A stretch of 63,594 nucleotides of DNA, the filler included, from Klebsormidium nitens (taxonomy: Eukaryota > Plantae > Klebsormidiophyceae), in NCBI GenBank assembly GCA_000708835.1. It is 10 parts of 10 records of this genome, joined end to end, with 100 filler letters (N's around TTAATTAATTAA, not from the genome) between each part and the next. Parts side by side here need not be neighbours in the genome. Positions count along the whole stretch, not along the records: positions 33,508 to 38,033 come from DF238019.1; positions 38,134 to 57,650 come from DF237038.1; 8 more parts are not named here. One strand, 5' to 3'. The notes under the pieces are model-generated. The model saw only the letters and a program-made list of their open reading frames with translations, was not told the origin of the DNA and searched no databases. This document shows positions 34,050-45,165 of the stretch, in pieces. Each line of letters begins with the position of its first letter. Positions within the stretch are counted from its first letter, which is position 1. The position numbers were made by a program, and so were the translations under genes.

Positions 34050-35210
34050 TTCCTCCTCGCAATAACTGGCCTGTGTTCGAAGATTTGTCTGAGCGACAAT
34101 GAGCAGAAATTGTTTCTGGCATACAGTGGTGCCATAGTAGCTGCTGTCCAAGGAGTCGCGTGGCGTTGCTGTGCTTCTGTTGAGACTTCGGAATTCATTT
34201 ATGGCCTGTGTTCGAANNNNNNNNNNNNNNNNNNNNNNNNNNNNNNNNNNNNNNNNNNNNNNNNNNNNNNNNNNNNNNNNNNNNNNNNNNNNNNNNNNNN
34301 NNNNNNNNNNNNNNNNNNNNNNNNNNNNNNNNNNNNNNNNNNNNNNNNNNNNNNNNNNNNNNNNNNNNNNNNNNNNNNNNNNNNNNNNNNNNNNNNNNNN
34401 NNNNNNNNNNNNNNNNNNNNNNNNNNNNNNNNNNNNNNNNNNNNNNNNNNNNNNNNNNNNNNNNNNNNNNNNNNNNNNNNNNNNNNNNNNNNNNNNNNNN
34501 NNNNNNNNNNNNNNNNNNNNNNNNNNNNNNNNNNNNNNNNNNNNNNNNNNNNNNNNNNNNNNNNNNNNNNNNNNNNNNNNNNNNNNNNNNNNNNNNNNNN
34601 NNNNNNNNNNNNNNNNNNNNNNNNNNNNNNNNNNNNNNNNNNNNNNNNNNNNNNNNNNNNNNNNNTGTCTGAGCGACAAGGAGCAGACAGTGTTCAAGTT
34701 TCTGGCATACAGTGGTGCCATAGTAGCTGCTGTCCAAGGAATCGCATGGCGTTGCTGTGCTTCTTCTAAAACTTCGGACTTGATTTCTGGCTTGTAGTCT
34801 AAAATTTGTCTGAGCGACAATGAGCAGAAAGTGTTTCTGGCATACTGTGCTGCCATAGTAGCTGCGGCTCCAAGGAGTCGCATCGCGTTGCTGTGCTTCT
34901 GTTGAAACTTCGTGATTGCCTGTGGTCCAGATTTTGTCTGAGCGACAATAAGCAGGAAGTATTTTGGCGGACTGTGCTGCCATAGTAGCTGCGGTCCAAG
35001 GAGTCGCATCGCATTGCTGTGCTTCTGCTGAAACATCGGAATCGATATCTGGCCTGCATTCGAAGATTTGTCTGAGCGACAAGGAGCAGAAATTGTTTCT
35101 GGCATACAGTTGTGCCATAGTAGCTGCTATCCAAGGAGTCGCATGGCGTTGCTGTGCTTCTAATAAAACTACGGACTTGATAACGGCCTGTGTTCCAAGG
35201 TTTGTCTGAC
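34050..35210. repeat. ~130-bp tandem satellite spanning a 449-N gap
   Basis: TGTCTGAGCGACAA at ~34086, 34666, 34808, 34936, 35069; units share GCCATAGTAGCTGC and GTTGCTGTGCTTCT. Gap at 34217-34665. Confidence 0.9.
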
Positions 35211-35832
35211 TGCCATGGTTCTCATCCCGAGTGGTTTTTGGGGCCTCCTCCCGAGTGCTCCGTGAACGCTGTCGGCCTTATCTGCTGCCGCCCTTTTCCG
35301 CCCCTTGCCCCTAACAATAGGATGGTATCCTAGTAAGGATGTCTGGAGGGAGTTACTTGATGTCGCGTGCGACCCAGGCTCCCTTTTCCCCCACATCCGT
35401 TTCAACCTCTATCTCACGCCCTCCATCCGAGGACTGCTTTACATCGCATTGATTGTGTCCTGTGCCAATCGCTTATGCTGGACTGCGCGCCCTCTCTTTT
35501 GCATGTCAAGGCAATTATATCGCAGCATGGTGCACTGAGAAGAGGCAATCCCAACGCAAGTTTTTTTCATGTTTTGGTTTTTGTTTATGCGCCAAGGAAG
35601 CTTCAGCCTGGTGATCTTAGGATCGTCATGGGATGGGTTTTCCAATCGTTTGAGGCAAAGCACCCAAAACGCACGCTCTCTTTCATCACGCTTGAAAAAG
35701 AAGACCTCTTCCATTTGATTGGGTGAAAGGCTCTATAATGACCTATGCGGCCTTTGATTGGAGAAGCCATAAAGATTGTGGCTGCTCGATCGACTGGAGA
35801 ACTTGGAACTCAACCTACTTTTCACCCCGCAG

Positions 35833-35920
35833 GTCGTGTGCTAGCCCGCATGAGTTCGAGAACCACGTGGGCAAGGGGGAATAGGAAGAGCTGGAAGGAA
35901 AGTCTCTACACAGGGGCCGA
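35833..35920 (+). pseudogene. SAND-domain-like exon fragment
   Basis: After the acceptor CCCCGCAG at 35832 it reads SPHEFENHVGKG-NRKSWKESL, like the SAND consensus xPxEFE..G...KxWKxSI; needs a 1-nt shift in the G5 run at ~35875-35879. Confidence 0.45.
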
Positions 35921-38033
35921 GAAAGTCTCCGTCTGGAAGAAGAGCACGGGTCGAAGCGTGGAGTCGCGCCGGCGAAGCATCGGCTGCCGCTTGAAGAATC
36001 CTAGAAAAAAGGTCCAAATGCGCAGAGTGCAGGACATCCCGTAGGATGAGGGATAGGGTCCTCATGAGCGCGGTCGTGCTAGCAGAAAGGTCGAGAAGTC
36101 GGACGCGAGACAAGTCAGACCCAGAAAGTCCCCACCTTTGCTCCTAATTGCTCTAACGAATTGTGAACAAAAGGAATATGTGATATTTGCTCGAGAATCT
36201 TGAAAGAACGTCTGATTATCGTAGTTTTATATTCAGAATGTATATCAATTCGATAATCAATGCTTCTCAACGGCGCGTATCGACTGGCATGGGAAGACGA
36301 TGTACGGTAGATGGTGAAGCAGAACTGTCCGCCAAGCGAATAAAGATCGAGTGCATGTGTGTCATTGCGCTGCCATCACTAATACCGTCTTCTTCCTCCA
36401 AATAGAAAGTAGCATGACGAACGTATCAAACGGACGGCGACGACCGAAGTGAGAGCCTCTTGCCACGTTCTGAACAAAGTTGTGGTCTAGAAATTTTGTA
36501 TATGTTCCGGTTTGAGAACTTTCTGCATGTGACCATATCGAAAGATGGACATATCGGAGCACTAATGAGTGATGCCAGATGGAGCGAAGATAATCGATTG
36601 CTTTAATTGACCGTCCACAATCAGAGCAAACGCAGAGGCGGTTCAAATGGAGGGATATACGGTCTCGCATATGTGCACCTTTAATGTGCCCACATTTCAA
36701 GCGTGGTCATTATAGCTGGCGCAAATAGANNNNNNNNNNNNNNNNNNNNNNNNNNNNNNNNNNNNNNNNNNNNNNNNNNNNNNNNNNNNNNNNNNNNNNN
36801 NNNNNNNNNNNNNNNNNNNNNNNNNNNNNNNNNNNNNNNNNNNNNNNNNNNNNNNNNNNNNNNNNNNNNNNNNNNNNNNNNNNNNNNNNNNNNNNNNNNN
36901 NNNNNNNNNNNNNNNNNNNNNNNNNNNNNNNNNNNNNNNNNNNNNNNNNNNNNNNNNNNNNNNNNNNNNNNNNNNNNNNNNNNNNNNNNNNNNNNNNNNN
37001 NNNNNNNNNNNNNNNNNNNNNNNNNNNNNNNNNNNNNNNNNNNNNNNNNNNNNNNNNNNNNNNNNNNNNNNNNNNNNNNNNNNNNNNNNNNNNNNNNNNN
37101 NNNNNNNNNNNNNNNNNNNNNNNNNNNNNNNNNNNNNNNNNNNNNNNNNNNNNNNNNNNNNNNNNNNNNNNNNNNNNNNNNNNNNNNNTGCAATAAATTA
37201 CGTCTTGATGTGTGTCACACTTATCATTGTGCACAGATTTATCAACGGTTCGACACGCACCCTCCCATCAGTAACGTCGCGTCCTGCTACTGGACTCGAT
37301 ATGCGCGTGGCTAGTTTCAAGATTGAAGATTGAAGACCTTTCTGAGACACGTTCTGACTGGCCAAGTATCCCTTGAAGACTCTCTACAGGAAAGAAGACT
37401 GGCGACACCCCTCTCTTTCTCTCCTCCATTTATCAACCAGCATTGCATCATAGCTTCGTCAGTGGTCCCGAGTCTCTGGACCCGGGTGTGCGGGACTGTT
37501 TTGGCAGACGGTGTCAAGCCTGTTCATGAAGAAAGCTCGCAAAGCGGGGCACTGCATGCTTGAAGCAACCCATGCGGTGGCGAACCAGCCCGTCGCGCTT
37601 ACGATAATCGTACAATTCATGTCAGAACATCTTACAAGGGGGTCCTATCTCAATGGAATTTGTCTCGCATATGAACGCTGACAATTCGATCGGCGTCAAC
37701 AACACGACGATCGAGTTGCGTTCCATCACCTCCAACTTAGGGCCGCCCCTCTCAACTGCGACACGCGGTACAGTTCAAGATCGTATACTGTCAGCCGTGT
37801 AGCGTTCTGTGTGGTCCCAACAAGAGCCTTCAATCCGGCGTACCACGTGTTCAGCCCTTGCTACCGCTCACTTTTTGCTTAGTCTCCCACCCCCCGGGCT
37901 GCCCCCTCTCCATATACAAGCCTCACTGTACGGCTTCTGCAAAGGCTCCCCGCCAGACCAGTGACGCACTTTTTGTGAGTCCAACGAGCCGCGGTATGTC
38001 GATTGAGAAGAAAGCTCAAGTGGGGAAAGCGGG

Positions 38034-38133
38034 NNNNNNNNNNNNNNNNNNNNNNNNNNNNNNNNNNNNNNNNNNNNTTAATTAATTAANNNNNNNNNNN
38101 NNNNNNNNNNNNNNNNNNNNNNNNNNNNNNNNN
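38034..38133. other. Artificial contig-joining spacer
   Basis: N44-TTAATTAATTAA-N44. Confidence 0.98.
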
Positions 38134-38314
38134 AAAGACGGGATCGGCCAATGACTGTAACCGAATTCAAAGCAATGATGCAAGATGTGAAAGATGTTAC
38201 ATATGCAAAGCAAGTCAAGATACTGGGACGCAACACAACGGGGTACAGAGGGATCAGCTTACGGCGTCAATGAGCTCGCCAAACAATTGTTCCACAACAC
38301 AAGCAAGTGGGAAG

Positions 38315-38600
38315 AGGTAGGTGAGGTAGGTGAAAGGTAGGTCGAAGGTAGGTGTTTGAAAACAGCTCGATTTAGGGCTGTATCTTGGTTTATATTACAA
38401 TCATGGTAGGTAGGTAGGTGTAAAATAATCTACATCATAGCATTATCTTTTTGCCACCATTGAGCGCGCAAATTGTCTCAGTCGCCAATCAAATACGGCG
38501 TCTACCTACCTACTTACCTACCTGAGCAATGTTTCTAATGATGAAACACACCTCCTCCTCCAATTGCTGATTGTCTACCACATCTCTACCTCACCTACCA
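38315..38600. repeat. AGGTAGGT/ACCTACCT short-repeat clusters in both orientations, downstream of the family-2 KDZ gene
   Basis: GAGGTAGGTGAGGTAGGTGAAAGGTAGGTCGAAGGTAGGTG (~38315-38355), GGTAGGTAGGTAGGTG (~38405), CTACCTACCTACTTACCTACCT (~38502). Confidence 0.7.
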
Positions 38601-38668
38601 ACGCGTTGCTCCGGGATAAGGATGAAAAGTGTGCCGTGTTTGTGCTAGACACATGCAAGTCACCAACT

Positions 38669-41600
38669 CTATCTCTGCAACAGTCGAGCACGCACCCCTA
38701 CCGTCCACACGGCTGCTGCAAGTACGATGCTAAGCTTGGCGTCGTCAACGCGCTTCAAAGAGCTATTATAGCCGCCCAGAAGCAGCGGCAAGATCACCAT
38801 GAAGCTCTCGAGCCCCGAGTACCACCCCAGACTCCTGAACCCCTTCAAAAAGGAGTTCACCGACTCCACTGCACTAGTGTTTATCCAGTGGAGCGACGGA
38901 TAGCTGTCCGGGCAATTTGAGGGGCCGCACTTGTGTACCTCCTGCCCGGCCTTTGAGAAATGAAACCTGTCAACAGAAAGGTATACATCAATTCACATTC
39001 TAAGAATAATACCCAATGTACACGATTTGAATCAAGAATCACAGCTCTTGACACCGTTCCGACTGCAAAATGAGTCTTAATGTACACACAATACCAGATG
39101 ATGTACACTACAATCTCTACTCAATGCCTGGCAACAACGCCCACTACAAACAAGGCTTTATTACAGATTGTCCAACCATGCAATTGTGTAAAAGTGACGC
39201 GCACCTGTCGACGACAAACCGAACATTGGCAAAAAACGCCGGTTCTCTGCGGAAGCAGTAGTTGCGCAAGGCACAACCGTTGTCGTGCACCAAAACATGT
39301 GGCAGATCCTCCCGCCTCAGCCGAGTGTAGAGCACGGCAAAGGCGTCTCTTGGGCTCTCCCCGCGCAGCATCACGTGGAATCCGTAGATGACCCGATGCG
39401 GGCACGCAAAAACGTAACCCCCCCTAGTCCTCTTCGGCCTCTTACTCTTGCTACCCTTCTTCCCTGAGAGCTTTCCGGCCCCCTTCACCAGCCCGAGAAC
39501 GTTCTCAGCATCCCACTCGGTCATCGACTTTCCCGTTGCGCATTTGTTCTCCTCCAAGCTCTTACTGCGGCCGTCCGGATACTCGAAGCTGCTGTACCAC
39601 GGCAACCCCCGCTTCTGCTTCCAACCAGGGAACGGATAACACGCCAAGACGTCCTGTTCGGCTCGAGAAGCGTGCCCCGCCGGCAACGGGTGCAACTCGT
39701 CTCCCTCCTCGTCACGCCCCAGCCTCTCTCTCAGAAGCGAGCGCTCATGACCGCTCATCCCCTCCCACTGCCGGGAGCTTGGCTCCAACCTCTCGACGCC
39801 CGGGAGCAACTCGTTTGCCACCCCTCGCGCCTCGTTTAACTGTCGCCGTTCCTCGATGCTCAGGGGGCGTGCTCGAGCCTCCGTAAGGAGGTCAACAGCT
39901 CGGTCCAATGGGGCGCGCGCCTCGTGCACCCAACCAAGCTGCCCGTCGGCCTCGAACCCCGTCGCCCCCCTTGAAAAGAGAGCAATGAGATAGAGATGTT
40001 GAAGCGTGCGCATGAAGAAGGCCGGGAATGTGAGCCCTCCGCACGAATCCACGATGCGCCGCAGGATTGGTGCGTCCCTTGCCAAGTCCCGCCGATCCTC
40101 GCGAATTGCCTCGCCACCCAGGAGCAGCTTCCGGGCCACATGCAATGCGCCAGGTCCGATGAGAGCCTCATCGCTGTCGTGCGCGCCGAGAGAGTACAGA
40201 AGCTCCGTCCACTCGCCCACCCAGTGCTGCCACAGGTCTGGACTCAACCCTCGCCTCTCAAAGTCGATCTGAATTCCCGTCAGCAACTCGAAGACGGCCA
40301 GATTTCGATCTCGCACCATCGTGCGCTCCTCAGCGAGCATGCGCCGTCTGCCGTCCTCTGGAAGCGGGCCCCCCGCCTCATCCGGCCCGAAACGCTTCAC
40401 GATCTGGGGGTCCTCGTGAGCCAGCCCGTTCAAAAGCGCTTCATACTCCACTTTTGACAGCCTCCTCGGGCCAAGCCTCTCGTCCTTGGGCCGATGTTGA
40501 GAGAGGCGCGCGAGCGCTTCTTGCAACTCAGGTAGCAGCAAGAGCTTGCGCTTCAATCCGGCCCCCTGAAGACCGGACCCGCAATAGTCGCGGCCGGCGA
40601 TGGGCCGCTTCTCAAGGAGAGCTCCCGTGGAGGTACGGCTAGGGTGGCAGAACGTGCGCCGCGCGTCGAGCGAGGAGCTTCCAAGCCCGCCTGGCTTTTG
40701 CGCGCCGTCCGCGCTGGCGAGGCCGACAATGCCGTCGCAGATGAGGATCTGGAAAAAAGGTCACAAAGTTGTGTGGGTCAACGAGTATGTTGAGCTGAAA
40801 TTCAGGTCAATGTGCATAGCACAGGATCAACCAGTGAAATTCCATCAAATGTACATGAAATGTTACTGGATGTACACTGAATATCAGCGAATGTACACTG
40901 CCAGATTATGGACGAATGTACACTGATTATCGTCTATAGGCATGTATCCAACTGTCACAGAACAAATAGACAGCAAAGACACGATAGACAGAAAAATCTT
41001 GTGACCTCTCGTCTTCCGCATGGGCAAGCCATGTGGCTTACCTTTGGATGTGGCCCACACAACGAGCAGCAATCCCGAAGCCCCAGCCCAACCAGCTTGA
41101 AGAAGTCGAGGCTCGCCCGGCGCCATGTCTCCTCGCTCAAGACGATCGCATCCGGGGAGCGCTGGAAGGCCGACTGATGCGTTGCCAGCTCCGCCTTGAA
41201 GCTGTGCCCGTGCTGCATCCCCCGCAAGAGCAGCTGCAAGCTCTCTTGGACGAAGAGGGTCCGCCGATTCCACGTGTATACAGCCCCAGGTGCTCGCCGT
41301 CAAAGTGGATCGTGTGCGCCTCGTCAAGGCACTCGCAGTGGTAGATCCGCACCCGCACCCGCTGGCTCCACTGGGAGGCCGTCACGTCCGCCTCGATCCA
41401 TGTCTCGACCCATGAGCCGCCGCACGCCGGCAATTCAATGGGGCAGGGCGCGCTCAACAACCCCTTCTCTGACAGCTCCTGAAAGTTGCAATCCCTCAGC
41501 TTGCTCACAGGAACGGGGCGGTCGAGCGAAGTCACGAGCGGGTCGTGGACGGCATGCGCATCGCTCAACCGTGCCAGCTTGGGGTTTGTGACTTGGACGG

Positions 41601-43660
41601 CCTCAGTCGTAAGGAGCATGACGGGGGTGCGAACCCTCAAGTCCTCTTCATGCTCGCATCGGCCCCCAGCGACCGCTAGTGCAGCCAACGAGCAGCTCGC
41701 GCACGCGTCCACCAAGCCTCGAATTGCCTCCTTGCCCCTCGCTTCTGCCGGCGGCCGAGCGCCCCACCCCACTCTTGTGGCTGGACCTTGCGAATCTTGC
41801 TTGTGCGCCTCCCAGAAAGCCTTGTTCCGCCTCGCCCGTTTGTGAGGGGGCGCCTCCTCGTCAGCCGACCCCCCTTCCCTGCCACGATTGCCCCCATAGC
41901 TCTCCCGATCGTTGGAAGTTTGTGCGACGGCGGCCTCTCGAAAGAGGCGCTCGTGCTGACGACAGAAGCATGAGTCGCCGGCGCAGGTTGCTTGCTCATG
42001 GGGCCGCCGCTCCAGCAAGCCAACAAGATACCGCTCCTCCTCCAACAACCTCGCATCACCTCCCCCCTGCGAGGAGGTGCCCACGGCAGGGCATACTCCA
42101 ATCTTTGGCAAGTCGCCGTTCCACTGCTCGAGCCAGCTCAGCGCCGCCATTGGTAGAGGTTCCGAGAGCCTCAGAACCATCTGATCGGCGACTGGAAGGT
42201 CTCCCTCATTCTTCAGAGCTGCCTTTGCCGCTATGACGTGCGAGCAGTCGGTGAGGCTTGGGCACCCGTCGCGCTTCCCTTCGCAGTACCACACCCCCTT
42301 GCTGCTGCGGAATACCATGCGCCTTCGAGGGCCCGGTGGCCCCTGAACATTGTCCGCTACCGCAAAATAGCTCCCCGTCGCGTCTGCTCGAACCCGCTCT
42401 ACCCTTGCCCCTTTGCCAAGCGACTCGTAGGTGGGCAGCTCCGCTGTTAAGGTCCAGCTTTCGCTGATGGCCGCAAAAGCCAGCTTGTGCACGCACGGCG
42501 CGTCCTCCGTCAGCCGGCCCCGATCGCACGTACAGCAGAGCTCGCCGCGCGTGTCCCACCAGACTGTCTCCGGCAAAGCATGCGTCTTGTCCGGCTTTCC
42601 CAGTTTCTTTGCCCGGCCTTCCTCGTTGTGATCCCATCCACACATGTACAGCCTAAGCGGAGGGGATGCCGACTCTGCGGGCTGGAAGACGTGAACCGAC
42701 CCCTCGGGAGCAGCCATCATCTTGAGGTAGCGCACCGCCTGCTCCTTGATGCCCATCGTTGCCTCCTGCAGCACAAGGCGGGAGTAGGTCTTTCAAACCG
42801 ACCTCCCTGCCATTGTGAGGCAGTGTCACAAGTATGGAACCCATTGAATCAGTATCTCTTGATTCAAACAATTGAGATACATTGTGGCCGCACAATTGAG
42901 AATTGCTGTGAAGCAACTTCAACAGAACTTTAAACTCTCTCCCATGTCGCTGCCTACGGCTAGCCCTTGCTATATAACATCGATGGCATCTGGAACGAGC
43001 TGGGCAAAACGAAACTGCAGCAGGCATTTTGTCATGATGATCATCAAGAAAAAAAAGTGCCATTAAGCTCACCTCAGTGCTCGTCTCCTCTGAGGCGCCC
43101 TTCACCCTGGGCCGTACCCCCTTGGCCATGCCCCGCTCTCCAATTTGGGACGCCGCCGTGGCCACTTGCCTCTGCCCCAACCCCGTCGTTGCATTCTGCT
43201 GACAGAGGAAGCTTAGCACGTCGTCCGTGAGCTGCAAGCTTTGGCTCCAAGGGCCTCCTCCCCTTTGCCGGCACAAGATGGGCGTATCTTGTCCACCATC
43301 TTTCCTGCCGCTCAACGTGACCGACAAACCATCTGCGCTCTCCGTCACCACGCCAAGCAAGTTCTGGACGCAACTCAAGCACACGACCTGCTTGCACTGC
43401 TTGGCCTTTGGAACCCCAGCACTGACCAGGTAGCCCATTTGCGTGCCGCGGTCGCTCTTGCGCCATGCAAGCGTCATGAGACTGGAGGACTTTTGTTTGA
43501 CCCAAATGCGGTGAGCGCATGTGAAACACTTGACAGCGACGCGCTCCTGGCAACTCACAATGTCAACCCTAACCGCACCTGACGCAATGCTCTGTACATT
43601 GTCTGGATCTATATGGCTCAACTCATTGCTGAAATGCTGGAGACTAGCTTGAGACTCCAT
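38669..43660 (-). pseudogene. KDZ-type transposase, family 2, multi-exon, with a 2-bp frameshift
   Basis: Exons: putative 43660-~43220 (Cys-rich), 42765-41042 (SWIM CCTCDRGRLTEDAPCVH; frameshift at ~41277-41280), 40748-39205 (ILICDGI..FACPHRVIYGFH..GESPRD..HDNGC..FVVDR) and 38966-38669 (FH..INTSAVESVNS). All inferred introns except the first donor are GT-AG and in phase. Confidence 0.85.
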
Positions 43661-44500
43661 GGTTACCACGCCTCCTTGCCCCACTCTAAGGGGGACGGAC
43701 CTCCCTAAGCCCCGTGCGCCTCCACCTGCGTGCTGCTACCCGGTCCGTATTTCCCGGGCCCTCGAAGTTGCCTTCTGGACTCGGCGGCCTCTCCCTAAGT
43801 GCCTGAACCTCCGACCTGGGTTGTGATGCCCGGTTGCTTAGCCCTAAGCCCCGAGCGTTCGACGGTCTCTGATCGAAAAGGCTCGAATTCCACACCCGGG
43901 GGGTGCTGACGTGGCGTCCTCTCCGGGTCATGTAACATTATTTACCGGCACCGAGAGAATCCGGCACCTTCATTACCGCGCGTGCACCGTCCGATCTGTC
44001 AGGAACGAGTGTGACCGTTCATTTAACACCGAACTTCATTTGGTAGGCCCAAAAGCGCGCCCGGTTGGAAATCCCGGATGGACACCAGCAACGAGAATTG
44101 TGCCGGTTTTGAAACCCAGCTTTCAAAAAGCTTTCGAAGCTGAATACCGTCAGAAATGAAAGCTAGAACCGCGAGAACACCGCTATCATGCCGTTTCCTT
44201 TTGCTCCCCGGGCCCGGGCTCCGGCTACGGCTTGCCTTCTCAAGGGAGCCCTGGACTCTGGCCTCCACTGTGCCCTAATTCATGACCTGTGTACGAGGAA
44301 GGCGACGCGCTTCAGGCTCAGCCTCAGCACCAGCTTTTCATGGCTGCCTAAAGACATGACAGCGAGAATACCCTGTCCAAAGTACGCAGCATGCCCGCGG
44401 ATGCTTAATTGCAGACAAAATTGCAACTCTTAGAGAGACTGGGGTCCCCCAGACAAGCGCTGAAGCAGTGCGGTGCAACTGAGCTTCGGTGAACTTGGAG

Positions 44501-45165
44501 ATGGCCGCTCAAGCTGAGAGCTTCTACCAGCTCTTGCAAGTGGCTCCGGATGCCTCTTTGGAAATTATCAGGCAAAGCTTCCATGCTGCCGCGCTAGCGC
44601 TGCATCCCGATAGGCAGAAGCTGAGACAAGCAAAAGACTCCATTGCAATATTGCCCCAGCACGACGTACTAGAGTCAGATGCTCCAGACAGCATTGCAGA
44701 AATTGAGGTGAGATCTTTAGAGAATGGAGATGGTTCTTCGTCAGATGCTCTGGAGCACTTTCACAGGATCCAGCGAGCATGGGAAACCCTTCGGGATCCG
44801 GACTCTCGAAAAGCCTATGATGAACAGCTGCAGCGGGCGGCAGAGCATGAGAGAACTCAAGCATTGGTGCCATCAATGAGGAGGTGTTCTTAGAAGAGAT
44901 GGACATGGAGAAACCCCGGGGGGACAATGCGGAGTTTACGTACCCCTGTCGCTGTGGGGACTGTTACTTTATTGAGGGACAAGAGCTCCTTGCAGCCTTG
45001 CAGGACGCACAGAAGCGAGCCGGTATAGTTGCTATAGGGCAAAACGCGCTAGAAAAGAGTCACCATGTGATCGTGCAATGCAGGTCCTGTAGCCTGCATA
45101 TACGGGTCCACTATAGTGAAGCAGAGTTGACGAGTCTGATTGGGGACAAACTCAGCAGATGCTGA
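44501..45165 (+). CDS. DPH4: DPH4/DNAJC24-like J-domain + CSL zinc finger protein (1-nt frameshift as assembled)
   Basis: FYQLLQV..LALHPDRQK..RAWETLRDPDSRKAYD, then FTYPCRCGDCY..VQCRSCSLHIRV; frames switch at ~44867-44869. Confidence 0.85.

Noticed and set aside
38194-43937. Possible TIR pair ATGTTACAT (38194) / ATGTAACAT (43929) bounding the family-2 KDZ element
   Set aside because: Only 9 bp, does not extend, and no TSD is evident; compatible with chance.
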